The position numbers and the translations under genes are program-made. The notes below the pieces were generated by a model. The model saw nothing but the letters and a program-made list of their open reading frames with translations, was not told where the DNA came from and ran no database searches. From an uncultured Verrucomicrobiae bacterium (lineage in GTDB: Bacteria > Verrucomicrobiota > Verrucomicrobiia > Chthoniobacterales > JAATET01), in the NCBI GenBank assembly GCA_963719495.1, contig CAVRCI010000013.1, positions 512,001-576,000 of the forward strand: DNA of 64,000 nucleotides, written 5' to 3'. Below, one piece after another: positions 18,410-28,746 of the stretch. How positions within the stretch are numbered: position 1 is the stretch's first letter; each line of letters starts with the position of its first letter.

Positions 18410-19153
18410 ATGCACCGATTTTTTCTCGCGCCCGACGATCTGCTTCAGGACACGCCCACGCTCACCGGCGACGAGGCCCACCATTGCCTCAACGTCCTCC
18501 GTCATTCGGTCGGCGACAGGATCGTCGTCTTCGACGGTCGCGGCCACGAAGCGACCGCGACCATCGAGTCCGCCGACAAAGGCGGTGCCGCTCTCCGCGT
18601 CGTCCACCGCGGCAAGTCGACGCCGCTCCGCTGCCGCATTACGCTCGGCCAGGCCGTCCCGAAAGGGAAAAACATGGATCTCATCATTCAGAAGGCGGTC
18701 GAGCTCGGAGCCGCGGAGATCGTCCCGCTTCTCTCCGAGCGCACTGTCGTCCAGCTCGACGAATCCGACCTCCCGGCCAAGCGGGCCAAATGGCAATCGG
18801 TCGCCCTCGAGGCGTGCAAACAGTGCGGCCAGAATTGGCTGCCGGAAGTCGGCGTGCCCGTGTCGACCCGCACCTACTTCGAGAAGGCGAAGCCCGCCGG
18901 ACTCATCCTCATCGCCTCGCTGCAAGCCGACGCGGTGCCGATCAAAGCGTTGCTGAAGGACTACGAGGAGCAAAACGGCTCCGCCCCGACGGACCTCACG
19001 ATCTACGTTGGACCGGAGGGCGACTTCACCCCGGCGGAACTCGGCCTGGCGAAGAGCAACGGCGCCCGCCCCGTCACTTTGGGGCCGATCATCCTACGGA
19101 CCGAGACCGCGGCGATCTATTGCCTGAGCGTGCTGGGCCACGAGTTGTTCTGA
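18410..19153 (+). CDS. rsmE: 16S rRNA m3U1498 methyltransferase
   Basis: EAHHCLNVLR, QKAVELG, EACKQCG, VGPEGDF, ILRTETA. Confidence 0.95.
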   Translation: MHRFFLAPDDLLQDTPTLTGDEAHHCLNVLRHSVGDRIVVFDGRGHEATATIESADKGGAALRVVHRGKSTPLRCRITLGQAVPKGKNMDLIIQKAVELGAAEIVPLLSERTVVQLDESDLPAKRAKWQSVALEACKQCGQNWLPEVGVPVSTRTYFEKAKPAGLILIASLQADAVPIKALLKDYEEQNGSAPTDLTIYVGPEGDFTPAELGLAKSNGARPVTLGPIILRTETAAIYCLSVLGHELF

Positions 19154-19214
19154 CGAGCCGTCGCTGCTGCGGCAGCGATCAGCCCCGCCCCGCGGAGCCC
19201 ATCGTCCAACCCGT

Positions 19215-19310
19215 TGTCATGTTGAGCGAAGCGAAACATCTCTGGCTTCTCAGGCAGACAGCGTCCTGAAGAGTGTAAGCCAGAGATATTTCGCTTCGCT
19301 CAATATGACA
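19215..19310. repeat. REP-like inverted repeat, TGTCAT..GAGCGAAGCGAA family, copy 2
   Basis: TGTCATGTTGAGCGAAGCGAAACATCTCTGGCTT ... AAGCCAGAGATATTTCGCTTCGCTCAATATGACA. Confidence 0.85.
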
Positions 19311-19350
19311 GGGTTTGGAACGACGGCTTGCCTGGCGGCACCTCGCCCCC

Positions 19351-19749
19351 CTACCACCACAGCGGCGCGAACTCTTCCCAATCCCACGCGTCCCCGACGC
19401 CCCACGCGTTTACGACCGCCGCCTCGTTCGCAGCCGCGGCGACGCCTTCACCGTCCGCCTGCAGCGTCCAGTATTTTTCGTAATCCCGTGGCGATCCCAC
19501 GAGGAACGTCGACGTTCCCGGATCCGCGTAGACGTAACCGAGCCGCTCACCCGCCCGCACCGGCACCAACCGATTCGCCGGTAGCGACCGCATCATCGCG
19601 ACCCGGGTCGGAGTCGTCGCCGTTCGCGTCTGGAAACCCGCCGCCTCCAGAGTTTCGACGGTCGTCATCGCGCGCTTGCGCCCGAACATCGAGCACCCCG
19701 TTGTTCCCACCAAAACCGCCACCAAAATCAACCAAGCAGACATCCTCAT
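19351..19749 (-). CDS. Putative lipoprotein
   Basis: Signal peptide with lipobox-like TTGC; LEAAGF, YVYADP. Confidence 0.65.
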   Translation of the reverse strand: MRMSAWLILVAVLVGTTGCSMFGRKRAMTTVETLEAAGFQTRTATTPTRVAMMRSLPANRLVPVRAGERLGYVYADPGTSTFLVGSPRDYEKYWTLQADGEGVAAAANEAAVVNAWGVGDAWDWEEFAPLWW

Positions 19750-19866
19750 CGTGCCGCCAACCGTGCGCCAGACCCCGCCCCCGACGCAAGCGTCCAGCGT
19801 ATCGCCCGCCCTCGGCGGAAACCATTCCTGCAAGTCAGGCTCGACAGCCATGCTAACGTCCAACCC

Positions 19867-21360
19867 ATGAATTTTTCGTTTTCTTACCTTCAATTGGCTG
19901 CGGTAGGTGCAGCCGGTTCGCTTCTGATTGACGCGATGCCGACGGCCTTCGCTCAGGTTCCCACTTTTGCGTCCGCGGATCTCGTCCTCGGCCAGCCGGA
20001 TTTTGTGACCAAGACTCGGGTCTTTCCGAGGAATGCCTCGTCGTTCGAAGGCCCAAACTGCGTGATCGTCGATCCCGTCTCCGGCAAGGTGTTCGTCTCG
20101 GATGGCGCAACGGATCGAATTCTGCGCTTCGCCTCCGCGGATAGTCTTGCGAACAACGCGGAAGCCGAAGCGGTGTTTGGCAACGTCGATTTTGCGGGGA
20201 CGCAAGCGACGGCTCCGGAGGAGAGATTGTCGGAACCCGATGGCTTGGCGCTCGACTCGGCAGGGCGACTCTGGGTGGCGGACCGTTTCAACAACCGGGT
20301 CATCATGTTCGAGAACGCGGTCAACCAAACCTTCACACCGGGCACCGCGTTCTCCGCCGACCTGGTTCTCGGACAGCCGAATTTCAGCGGAACGGGTGAT
20401 GCCATCACCGCCGCCGGAATGGATGATCCGCGCGCCGTCTGGGCGGATGCGTTCGGCAACCTGTTCGTAGTCGACAAAGACAACCACCGGGTTCTGCTTT
20501 TCGCCGACGCAGCTTCGAAGAATGACGGTGCCGACGCCGACGCGGTCTACGGACAGACTAATTTGACTTCTAAATCGACCGGAAGGACCGCAACGGAATT
20601 CAACGAACCCTATGCCGTCATGCGCGACACCGCTGGCACGCTTTGGGTCGCTGACTACAATAACGGTCGCGTCATAGGTTTTGAAACAACCGCCGGGCCT
20701 TTCCCCGACCTCACCGCGACGCGGGTATTCGGTCAAAGCAACCTCACCGGCGGCCTGAATGGCTTCGGGAACACGGCATTCGACCGTCCGAGCGGCGTGC
20801 ACGTCGACCGATTCGGCAGTCTCTGGGTCGGTGTCGGCAACGAGAACCGGGTCCTGCGATTCGACTCCGTCGCGACCAAGCCAAACGGCAGCCCGGCTGA
20901 TGCGGTGATCGGGCAGGCGGATTTTTCCTCGTCCGATCCCGGTCTCGCGGCCAACCGGATCGATACGGAACGCTTCCTCGCGCAGATTTCCGTGGCCGCC
21001 GACGGCGACCTCTGGGTGGCCGACTCGAATAACAACCGCGTTCTCCGCTTCAGCTATCAGTCGGCCGTTCCCCGCGACCTAGTCCGACCACGGCTCCGGA
21101 TTCGGGGTCGCAAGACCATCGAGACGCTGCGCAACCGCGTCGTCATTCGCGGCACCGCGATCGACGCGTCCGGTATCGCCGACCTCGACGTGCGAGCCCG
21201 CGGCGCAAAGGTCGCGAAAGCCAAAGTGCGCACCGACGACCGCTTCAAAGTCGTCCTGCGCGTCAGGAAGGATTCCGGTCGCGTGATCGTCAAGCTGCGC
21301 GCCGAGGATCCGTCCGGCAACAAATCCAAACGCGCCAAATTCCGCATCCTCCGGCGCTGA
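19867..21360 (+). CDS. Secreted NHL-repeat beta-propeller protein with a basic C-terminal domain
   Basis: Repeated ADLVLGQPDF / LWVADxxNNRVL units; Lys/Arg-rich ~90-aa tail. Confidence 0.85.
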   Translation: MNFSFSYLQLAAVGAAGSLLIDAMPTAFAQVPTFASADLVLGQPDFVTKTRVFPRNASSFEGPNCVIVDPVSGKVFVSDGATDRILRFASADSLANNAEAEAVFGNVDFAGTQATAPEERLSEPDGLALDSAGRLWVADRFNNRVIMFENAVNQTFTPGTAFSADLVLGQPNFSGTGDAITAAGMDDPRAVWADAFGNLFVVDKDNHRVLLFADAASKNDGADADAVYGQTNLTSKSTGRTATEFNEPYAVMRDTAGTLWVADYNNGRVIGFETTAGPFPDLTATRVFGQSNLTGGLNGFGNTAFDRPSGVHVDRFGSLWVGVGNENRVLRFDSVATKPNGSPADAVIGQADFSSSDPGLAANRIDTERFLAQISVAADGDLWVADSNNNRVLRFSYQSAVPRDLVRPRLRIRGRKTIETLRNRVVIRGTAIDASGIADLDVRARGAKVAKAKVRTDDRFKVVLRVRKDSGRVIVKLRAEDPSGNKSKRAKFRILRR

Positions 21361-21372
21361 CGCCGCGCCGCG

Positions 21373-22842
21373 TCAATACCGCCGCCACAGCGCCGGCATG
21401 AAGAGCACCAGCAGCGCGAATAATTCCAGCCGCCCCAGAATCATCAGGATGGACAGGAAGACGTGCGTCGCCGGCAGCATCTCGGAGAAATTCTGCATCG
21501 GCCCAACGGCACCGAGACCCGGGCCGATGTTGAAGAGCGTCGCCACCACCGAGCCGAAACTACTCAGCAGATCGAGCCGCGGTTCGATCACCGTCATCGC
21601 CAAAGTCGAGATCCCGACGATGAAACACGTGAGCGCCACGAAGAAGACGGCGCTGGATTTGAGCGACTCGTCGAGCAATTGGCCGTTAAGCCGCAGCGGG
21701 ACGACTTGATTGGGCCGAAACGCGTTCACGAGCTGCTGCTTGGTCGTCTTGATGAAGACGAGGACGCGGCTCACCTTGATCCCGCCCGACGTCGATCCCG
21801 AGCAGCCGCCGACGAACATCAGCATCACCAGGATCGCCTTCGAAAGCGTCGGCCACGCGTCGAAATCCGCCGAAACGAACCCGGTCGTCGTCATGATCGA
21901 AATGACCTGAAACGAACCGTCGCGAAACGCCGCCCCCCAATCCGCGCCGCGCCGCATCACGAGATCGCCCGCGATCACGGCCGTCGTCACCAGCACGATC
22001 ATCGCGTAGCCCCGCAGTTCCTCGTCGACGCGGAGACGCTGAAAATTTCCCCGCAGCACCCACGCCATCAGCACAAAACTCATGCCGCCCAGGAACATGA
22101 AGATCGACAGCCACACTTCGATCCAAACGCTGCCGTAGAAGGCGACGCTCGCGTTCTTCGGACTGAATCCACCCGTCGAAATCGCCGCGAACCCGTGCAA
22201 CAGCGCGTCGTAAAACGTCATTCCCAGCACCATCAATCCGGCCACGCAGATGATCGTGAGCACGGTGTAAATCTGCCAGAGCCGCGTCGCGGTGTCGCGG
22301 ATCCGCGAGTGAAAACCATACCCGATCTGCGCGCTCGATTCGTTTCGGAAGAGCGATTTGCTGCCGACCCCGAGCGTGGAAAGCAGCGCGACAAAAAGAA
22401 CGAGAATCCCCATCCCGCCCAGCCACTGCGTCGTTGCGCGCCACAGCAGGATCGAGCGCGGGTAGAGCTCGAGGTCGGAGATCACGGACGATCCGGTCGT
22501 CGTGAAGCCGGACGCCGATTCGAAAAACGCCGCCGCGAAGTCGAGCCGTGGCGTGCAGAGCAGATAAGGAAGCGCTCCGACCACGGCGGAGATCAGCCAG
22601 CCCAATCCGACGATTGCCATTCCCTCTTTCCGCAACACTTCGTCCCCCGCGCCGCGCCCGGCCAACATCAAGCCGAGACCGAGCGCCGCCGCGATGGCGA
22701 AGGATTTCAACAACGCCCAATCGTGCACGACGTCGTCGCGCCCACGCTCCGCACTCACCGCGTAGAGCTCGCAGATCAGCATCGCCCCGGCGACCAGCAG
22801 CACCAGCAGGCCGAGAACCTTGAAGAGAACGCGGTAATTCAT
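21373..22842 (-). CDS. trkH: Trk potassium uptake membrane subunit
   Basis: FESASGFTTTG, QWLGGMG, STGGFS, GSTSGGIK, NIGPG, GRLE. Confidence 0.95.
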   Translation of the reverse strand: MNYRVLFKVLGLLVLLVAGAMLICELYAVSAERGRDDVVHDWALLKSFAIAAALGLGLMLAGRGAGDEVLRKEGMAIVGLGWLISAVVGALPYLLCTPRLDFAAAFFESASGFTTTGSSVISDLELYPRSILLWRATTQWLGGMGILVLFVALLSTLGVGSKSLFRNESSAQIGYGFHSRIRDTATRLWQIYTVLTIICVAGLMVLGMTFYDALLHGFAAISTGGFSPKNASVAFYGSVWIEVWLSIFMFLGGMSFVLMAWVLRGNFQRLRVDEELRGYAMIVLVTTAVIAGDLVMRRGADWGAAFRDGSFQVISIMTTTGFVSADFDAWPTLSKAILVMLMFVGGCSGSTSGGIKVSRVLVFIKTTKQQLVNAFRPNQVVPLRLNGQLLDESLKSSAVFFVALTCFIVGISTLAMTVIEPRLDLLSSFGSVVATLFNIGPGLGAVGPMQNFSEMLPATHVFLSILMILGRLELFALLVLFMPALWRRY

Positions 22843-22856
22843 CCGGGGTCGCCGCG

Positions 22857-24203
22857 CTAAGCGATCAGTTTCGAGAAAGCCTTGCGCGCGTCGCCGGCGA
22901 TCATCGCCACGACCACGTCGCCGGCCGCCAGCACGTCCTCCGCCGCGGGCACGGTCGCCTGCGCGCCGTGCGTGACCGAGACCAAGCCACTGCCCTTCGG
23001 CCACTCGATTTCCGCCACCGCGTGGCCGTCGAGATTTCCGCCCTCCCGGATCACGAATTCGATCACGTCGATCCCGCCGGACAACCGCACCAGCGTGCTG
23101 AACCGCTCGTCGGTGCAGAATCGCATCAGATCCCGCGCGGTCGCCACGCGCGGGCTGACCGCGCCCAGGATGCCGAGTTTCGCCCCGGCCCGCGTGACCG
23201 CGTCGGCGTAATCGGCGCGGTGAATGAGCGTGAGGCAATGTTTCACGCCGAGGTCCTTCGCCTGCAGGCAGGTCATCACGTTGTCCTCGTCCTCGAGCGT
23301 CGCGCCGACGAAGAAATCCGCTTCGCCAACCTGCTCTTCCTTGAGCAATTGGAACGACGTCGCGTCGGCGTTGATGAGCGTCGTTCGCTGGAGGACCTTG
23401 GCGAGGTATTCGCAGCGCTTCGCGTCGCGCTCGACGATCCGCGTGCGGAAGCGCCCGCCCTCGAGCATCTGCGCGAGCGCAAAGCCATACTCGCCGCCGC
23501 CGAAGATCACGACCCGCGTCTCTTCCCGCCCCTTGCCGCCGCGAAAGCGCGGCACGACGTCCTGCAACGTCCGCGGATTTCCAAACAAAGTGACCACGTC
23601 GCCGTCGGTGAGAATCTCGTCACCATCCGGGATGATCGCCCGATCACCGCGCTGGATCGACCCGACGCGCACCCGGGGCGGCAGGCCCAGATCGCGCAGC
23701 CTTTTACCCACCGCATCGCTGTTCGGTTGGATCGGCGTCTGCTGCAGCTCGATGCGCCCGCGCGCCACTTCCTCGACGATCAGGCAGTCGGGATTGCGGA
23801 TGTGCTTGGCGAGTTCGACGGCCGCGAGGCGTTCGGAACTGAAGAGGTAATCGACTTGGAAGTGCGCCCGATAATCGAGGAGCCACTGGTCGCGCTGAAC
23901 GTCGGAATGCACTCGCGCGATGGTTTTCTTCGCCCCGAGCGACTTGGCCAACGAGGCGGCGACGACGTTCGTGTTGTCGTCGCTGGACAATCCCAAAAAC
24001 ACGTCGCACTCCGCGACCCGGGCTTCCTCGAGCAGCGACACGGACGAGCCGTTGCCCCGCACGACGCGGGCGTCGAGTTTGTCGTTCATGTCGGCGGCGA
24101 CGCGTTCGTCATCCTCGATCACGGTCACGTTGTGCGCCTGGCCGATGAGCGTCTGCGCCATGTGGAAGCCGATCTCGCCGGCTCCGAGGATGATGATGTT
24201 CAT
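22857..24203 (-). CDS. trkA: Trk potassium uptake NAD-binding subunit
   Basis: IIILGAGEIG and second RCK domain VIFGGGEYG. Confidence 0.95.
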   Translation of the reverse strand: MNIIILGAGEIGFHMAQTLIGQAHNVTVIEDDERVAADMNDKLDARVVRGNGSSVSLLEEARVAECDVFLGLSSDDNTNVVAASLAKSLGAKKTIARVHSDVQRDQWLLDYRAHFQVDYLFSSERLAAVELAKHIRNPDCLIVEEVARGRIELQQTPIQPNSDAVGKRLRDLGLPPRVRVGSIQRGDRAIIPDGDEILTDGDVVTLFGNPRTLQDVVPRFRGGKGREETRVVIFGGGEYGFALAQMLEGGRFRTRIVERDAKRCEYLAKVLQRTTLINADATSFQLLKEEQVGEADFFVGATLEDEDNVMTCLQAKDLGVKHCLTLIHRADYADAVTRAGAKLGILGAVSPRVATARDLMRFCTDERFSTLVRLSGGIDVIEFVIREGGNLDGHAVAEIEWPKGSGLVSVTHGAQATVPAAEDVLAAGDVVVAMIAGDARKAFSKLIA

Positions 24204-25252
24204 GCGGTTTTGGCGTGCTGCGAAATGAGATTCAGACTCACGAGACCGACGATCTGGCCGGCGTCGTTCACCACGGGCAGGACGGAATTCTGACTCCGCT
24301 GCATGATCGCGAACGCGTCGCCGAACAAAGCCGATTGCGGCACCGTCGGCACGATTTCAGCCAACTGCGCGAGCGTCGAAGCGCCCGCCGGACCCGATGC
24401 GAGCAGGTCCTTCCGCCGCACCATCCCGGTCACGCGCAACCGGTCGTCGGTGATCGGGAAGATCGGCTGCGAATCCCGCGCCGCCGCCTCGGTCGCCTCC
24501 GCGACCGTGAGCGAATCGGGAAACGACTGGAACCTCGTGATCATCGCGTCGCCGACCCGCATTCCCGTCGCGGCGGCCCGCATTTTGGAATAATTCAACT
24601 CCTGCTGCGCGCCCGAGAAAACAAAAATGCCGATGAACACCAGGAACGGGTTCCCGAAAAACCCCGCCACCACGAAAAGCACCGCCATCACCTGACCGAC
24701 CCGCGCCGCCACCCGCGTCGCCGTAGGGTGCGAAAATTTCATCCCGAGCAGCGCCCGCAGGATGCGCCCTCCGTCCATCGGAAACGCCGGGATCAAATTG
24801 AACAGGATCAGCATCACGTTCACCTGGAGCAGCTGCACCGCCATCCCGTCCCCGCGGTCGAATTCCGTGAAATCCTTCCCGCCCATCGGCAGCCCCAGCA
24901 CGATCCACAGGCCAAGCGCGATCACGACGTTCACCGCCGGTCCCGCGATCGCGACGATCAATTCCTGGCGCGGATTCTCCGGCATCCGCTCGAGCCGCGC
25001 CACCCCACCGATCGGCAGCAGCGTGATGTCCGGCGTCCGAATCCCGAAAGCCCGCGCCGCGAACGCGTGGCCGAACTCGTGCAGCAGCACGCAGAGAAAA
25101 AGCAGCAGCACGAAAGCCAGCCCGCTCAGCGCCGCCGACGTCCCACCGCTCTGGTAATACGTCCACGCGACGAAGGCCAACAAAGCCAGGAACGTCACGT
25201 GCACCTTCAGTTCAATGCCGGCGACCCGCGCCATGGGATACGACCACTTCAC
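24200..25252 (-). CDS. Site-2 (M50) protease with CBS domains
   Basis: HEFGH, AGPAVN, FNLIPAFPMDGGRIL; C-terminal CBS pair. Confidence 0.93.
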   Translation of the reverse strand: MKWSYPMARVAGIELKVHVTFLALLAFVAWTYYQSGGTSAALSGLAFVLLLFLCVLLHEFGHAFAARAFGIRTPDITLLPIGGVARLERMPENPRQELIVAIAGPAVNVVIALGLWIVLGLPMGGKDFTEFDRGDGMAVQLLQVNVMLILFNLIPAFPMDGGRILRALLGMKFSHPTATRVAARVGQVMAVLFVVAGFFGNPFLVFIGIFVFSGAQQELNYSKMRAAATGMRVGDAMITRFQSFPDSLTVAEATEAAARDSQPIFPITDDRLRVTGMVRRKDLLASGPAGASTLAQLAEIVPTVPQSALFGDAFAIMQRSQNSVLPVVNDAGQIVGLVSLNLISQHAKTA

Positions 25253-25303
25253 GCGCTCTCTCTACCCCTTTCGCCCCACCATGCAAACCCCATCCGGCTT
25301 CAC

Positions 25304-25405
25304 CTCTTTCTCTTAATCCTAATCTTCGTCCTACTCAGTCCTGCCCACACCCACGCGCCCTGCGAAAATACGGAGTAGGACGAGGATTATGATTATGAGA
25401 AAGAG
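25304..25405. repeat. 33-bp inverted repeat built from degenerate hexamers
   Basis: CTCTTTCTCTTAATCCTAATCTTCGTCCTACTC ... GAGTAGGACGAGGATTATGATTATGAGAAAGAG. Confidence 0.8.
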
Positions 25406-25464
25406 CCGGAGGCGATGCGACATCCGCATTGTCCCAAGTCCCCCGACCCGCGAAACTCCCGCCC

Positions 25465-26199
25465 ATGAACGACCCCACCCGCTGGCGCGGCCTCACCGCC
25501 GAAGCCCAGGCGAAACTCACGGCGCGCGACTACGCCAGCGCCGACCTTCCCACCCGCCTCGCGACCGCCGGGCTCGAAGGCGGACAAGTCCTCGCCGCCG
25601 AGCCGCTCCTCCGCGAAGCCGCCGCGTGGATCCCCGGCGTCGAGCTCTTTCACCGTCCGATCCACCCGCAACGCCACCGCGGCGGCTTCGGAGAATTCGC
25701 GCGCGAAGGCGAAGGCCCGCTCGGCCGCATCGGACTCTGGCCGCGCCAATGGGCCACCGCCCGGATGTTCGTCGGCACCGCCAAGGGCTTCCACATTCAC
25801 CCGCCATTCATTCCGGAAAACGCCGAACCCGCCACGTATCTGGCGGCACTTTTTGCCGACGAGGACGCCACCCGCCGTCCCTACGACCGCGAGCAATGGG
25901 ACGTCATGTTCATCGTGCAGGGCCGCGCCGAGATGTTTCTCATCGACGAGCGCGCCGGCTTCGACCGCCGCCGCATGCGTTTCATGATCGACGGCGACGA
26001 CGTCCGCGGACCCAACACGCTCGGCGTCGTCATCCCCCCGGGTGTCGCCCACGCCCTCCGCGGCGAAGGCGGCACCGACGTCATCATGGTCTACGGCACC
26101 AGCACCGTCTTCGACCCGAGCAACGAAGGTCGAATCGCCGCCGGCATCGAAGCCGATGCACTCCCCGAAGAGTGGGCAACCACCTTCACCGAAGGGTAA
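25465..26199 (+). CDS. Cupin protein, dTDP-4-dehydrorhamnose 3,5-epimerase (RmlC)-like
   Basis: RGGFGEFAR, AKGFHIH, QWD, VVIPPGVAHAL; convergent with rmlA. Confidence 0.65.
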   Translation: MNDPTRWRGLTAEAQAKLTARDYASADLPTRLATAGLEGGQVLAAEPLLREAAAWIPGVELFHRPIHPQRHRGGFGEFAREGEGPLGRIGLWPRQWATARMFVGTAKGFHIHPPFIPENAEPATYLAALFADEDATRRPYDREQWDVMFIVQGRAEMFLIDERAGFDRRRMRFMIDGDDVRGPNTLGVVIPPGVAHALRGEGGTDVIMVYGTSTVFDPSNEGRIAAGIEADALPEEWATTFTEG

Positions 26200-26276
26200 A
26201 ACAGGCATCCCGCCTGTCGCTCCGGGCATCCCGCCCGGAGCCTCGTTCCAAAACGGCGAAGCCGCACTTTCCCCCG

Positions 26277-27161
26277 CTAGAGCACCGACCCCGTCGGCAC
26301 CGCCCCGACGTTCTCGAGATACCGCCGGTAGTCATTCCGCGGCAATCGGGCCGCCACCGCGTCCAGTCCCGCGCGGTCGATGAACCCCATTTCGAAGGCC
26401 ACCTCCTCGATGCAGGCCACCATCACGCCCTGCCGATGCCGCAGCGTCGCCATGTAATTCGCCGCCTCCAGCAAGCTCTCGTGCGTCCCGGTATCCAACC
26501 ACGCCAACCCGCGCCCCACGACCTCGACCCACAAATCCCCCCGATCCAGATACGTCGTGTTCACGTCCGTGATCTCGACCTCGCCCCGCGCCGACGGAGC
26601 GAGCCCCCGCGCGATCTCCACGACGTCACCGCCGTAGCAATACAACCCCGGCACCGCGTAATGGCTACGCGGCGCGGTCGGTTTCTCCTCGATGCTGATC
26701 GCCCGCCCCTCGGCGTCGAATTCGATCACCCCGTAGCGCTCCGGATCCCGCACCGGACAGGCGAAAATGCACCCGCCCGATTCGCGCTCCAACGCCCGCC
26801 GGAAAAAATCCAGATTGCCGTGGAAAATGTTGTCGCCCAGCACGAGCGCCACCCCGTCCCCGGCGAGAAATTTTTCCCCGATCAGAAACGCCTGCGCGAT
26901 TCCCTTCGGTTCCGGCTGCACCGCGTATTCCAGCTTCAGCCCGAGCTGCGACCCGTCGCCGAGCAGCGCCTCGATCATCGGTAAATCCTTCGGCGTCGAG
27001 ATGATCAGAATTTCCCGAATCCCGCCCAGCATCAGCGTGCTCAGCGGGTAGTAGATCATCGGCTTGTCGTAAACCGGCAGCAGCTGCTTGCAGACGATGC
27101 GCGTGAGCGGATCGAGCCGACTCCCCGCCCCACCCGCCAAAAGAATACCTTTACGACTCAT
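26277..27161 (-). CDS. rfbA: Glucose-1-phosphate thymidylyltransferase
   Basis: [43 protein letters not shown]. Confidence 0.96.
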   Translation of the reverse strand: MSRKGILLAGGAGSRLDPLTRIVCKQLLPVYDKPMIYYPLSTLMLGGIREILIISTPKDLPMIEALLGDGSQLGLKLEYAVQPEPKGIAQAFLIGEKFLAGDGVALVLGDNIFHGNLDFFRRALERESGGCIFACPVRDPERYGVIEFDAEGRAISIEEKPTAPRSHYAVPGLYCYGGDVVEIARGLAPSARGEVEITDVNTTYLDRGDLWVEVVGRGLAWLDTGTHESLLEAANYMATLRHRQGVMVACIEEVAFEMGFIDRAGLDAVAARLPRNDYRRYLENVGAVPTGSVL

Positions 27162-27250
27162 CGCGTCAGCAAATGGAAAACCCCTCCCCGGGTCAAGCCA
27201 CCCACTCGTAGGGGTCGACGTGAGGACACCCCGCCATTAAACCGAATCCC

Positions 27251-28012
27251 ATGCTTCCCTGGATCGCCACCCTCCTCGCCCTCGCCACCCCGCCCTTCGC
27301 CCACGCCGATTGGACGCTCGCCTCCCGCGAAGTCGTCGCCGATCTCCCCGGCGGCGCGCATCTCGTCGAGCGCGAAGCCCGGAGCGACGGCCGCAAAGTC
27401 TTCGTCCAAGGCGTCCTCTTCAGCTCGAAAAACTACGCCTTCCGCGTCGTCGACAATCCCACGAAAAACGAAGGCAAACTCGCCACCACGATGGCCGCCG
27501 GCGATTTCGTCGCCGGAGTCAACGGCGGCTACTTCCACGCCGATTGGCGGCCCGTCGGCCTCGCCATCGCCGACGGCGAGACCACCAACCGTTTCGAGCG
27601 AGCCAAGCTCCTCGCCGGCATCTTCGTCGTCACCGGCGGCAAACCCCGCCTCATCCGCTCCGCCGCCTACGAGACATCGAAGAAAGACACCGAAGCCCTC
27701 CAATGCGGCCCCTACCTCGTCGAGAATGGCGACGCCACCGTCGGCCTCGACGAAAAACGCCGAGCCCGCCGCACCGTCGTCGCCACGGACGGCGGCAAAA
27801 ATTGGGCCCTCCTCATCCTCTCCCCCGTCACCCTCGCCGAGACCGCCAACCTCCTGGCCAGCGAAGAGATTTTCCCGGACCTGAAGGTAAAAGAAGCCCT
27901 CAACCTGGACGGAGGCTCCTCCACCGCCCTCTGGGCCGCCACCCCCGGCAAGCCCACCAGCCTCCCCGAAATCGGCAGCGTGCGAAATTACCTCGGCATT
28001 ATGGAAAAATAG
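27251..28012 (+). CDS. Phosphodiester glycosidase (NAGPA/DUF2233) family exported protein
   Basis: Signal peptide, VNGGYF, QCGPYLV, ARRT, ALNLDGGSS. Confidence 0.85.
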   Translation: MLPWIATLLALATPPFAHADWTLASREVVADLPGGAHLVEREARSDGRKVFVQGVLFSSKNYAFRVVDNPTKNEGKLATTMAAGDFVAGVNGGYFHADWRPVGLAIADGETTNRFERAKLLAGIFVVTGGKPRLIRSAAYETSKKDTEALQCGPYLVENGDATVGLDEKRRARRTVVATDGGKNWALLILSPVTLAETANLLASEEIFPDLKVKEALNLDGGSSTALWAATPGKPTSLPEIGSVRNYLGIMEK

Positions 28013-28064
28013 TTTTTGAGGTTGGCGTCGACCCCAAATGCGAAGCATTTCCGTTCCCCCCACC

Positions 28065-28204
28065 TGTCATTCTGAGCGAAGCGAAGAGCCATCGACAGCC
28101 TCTCATTTTGAAACCCGTCACTGAGAGGCAATCTCTGGCTTACACTGAATTCGCGCGCCGTGAGGGTGAGAAACCAGAGATGTTTCGCTTTGCTCAACAT
28201 GACA
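28065..28204. repeat. REP-like inverted repeat, TGTCAT..GAGCGAAGCGAA family, copy 3
   Basis: TGTCATTCTGAGCGAAGCGAAGAG ... GATGTTTCGCTTTGCTCAACATGACA. Confidence 0.8.
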
Positions 28205-28366
28205 GGTTTTGGAAAGGCTTCGCCCAATCACCCCCCCTCCGTTCCTCCAAGTCTCTGCGCGAGGACCCGCATCAGCATTTCTCCGCGCCCCTGCGCCTCT
28301 GCGTGAGAAAAAGCATTCCCGCATTTTCGCTCGCCCCCCGCCAGCCCCCCATCCAAAATCCACCCC

Positions 28367-28723
28367 ATGCAGATTCACATCAGCCCCCGTCACCTCACGC
28401 TCACCGCGTCCATCCACGGACACGTCGCAGCTAAAATCGAACACCTTGAAGGCATTTCCGACGACATCATCGCCGCGCACGTCGTCCTCCTTTACGACGA
28501 GAACAAGAAGAACAAAAAGTTCCTCGTCAAAGCCCACCTCGCCGTCCCCGGCCCCGACATCCACGCCGAAGACTCCCAATCCGACCTCCACATCGCCATC
28601 GACAAAACCGCCGACAAACTCGCGCGCCAGCTCCGCAAGCGCAAAACCAAGCTCAACAGCGCCCGCAAACACCGCGCCCAGATGGACGCCGAGGGCAAGA
28701 AGCGCGGTTACAAGCGAGCCTGA
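28367..28723 (+). CDS. hpf: Ribosome hibernation factor HPF/RaiA
   Basis: MQIHISPRHLTLT, DLHIAID..DKLARQLRKRKTK. Confidence 0.9.
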   Translation: MQIHISPRHLTLTASIHGHVAAKIEHLEGISDDIIAAHVVLLYDENKKNKKFLVKAHLAVPGPDIHAEDSQSDLHIAIDKTADKLARQLRKRKTKLNSARKHRAQMDAEGKKRGYKRA

Positions 28724-28746
28724 TCCTCACCGGACGCACACGGGAA

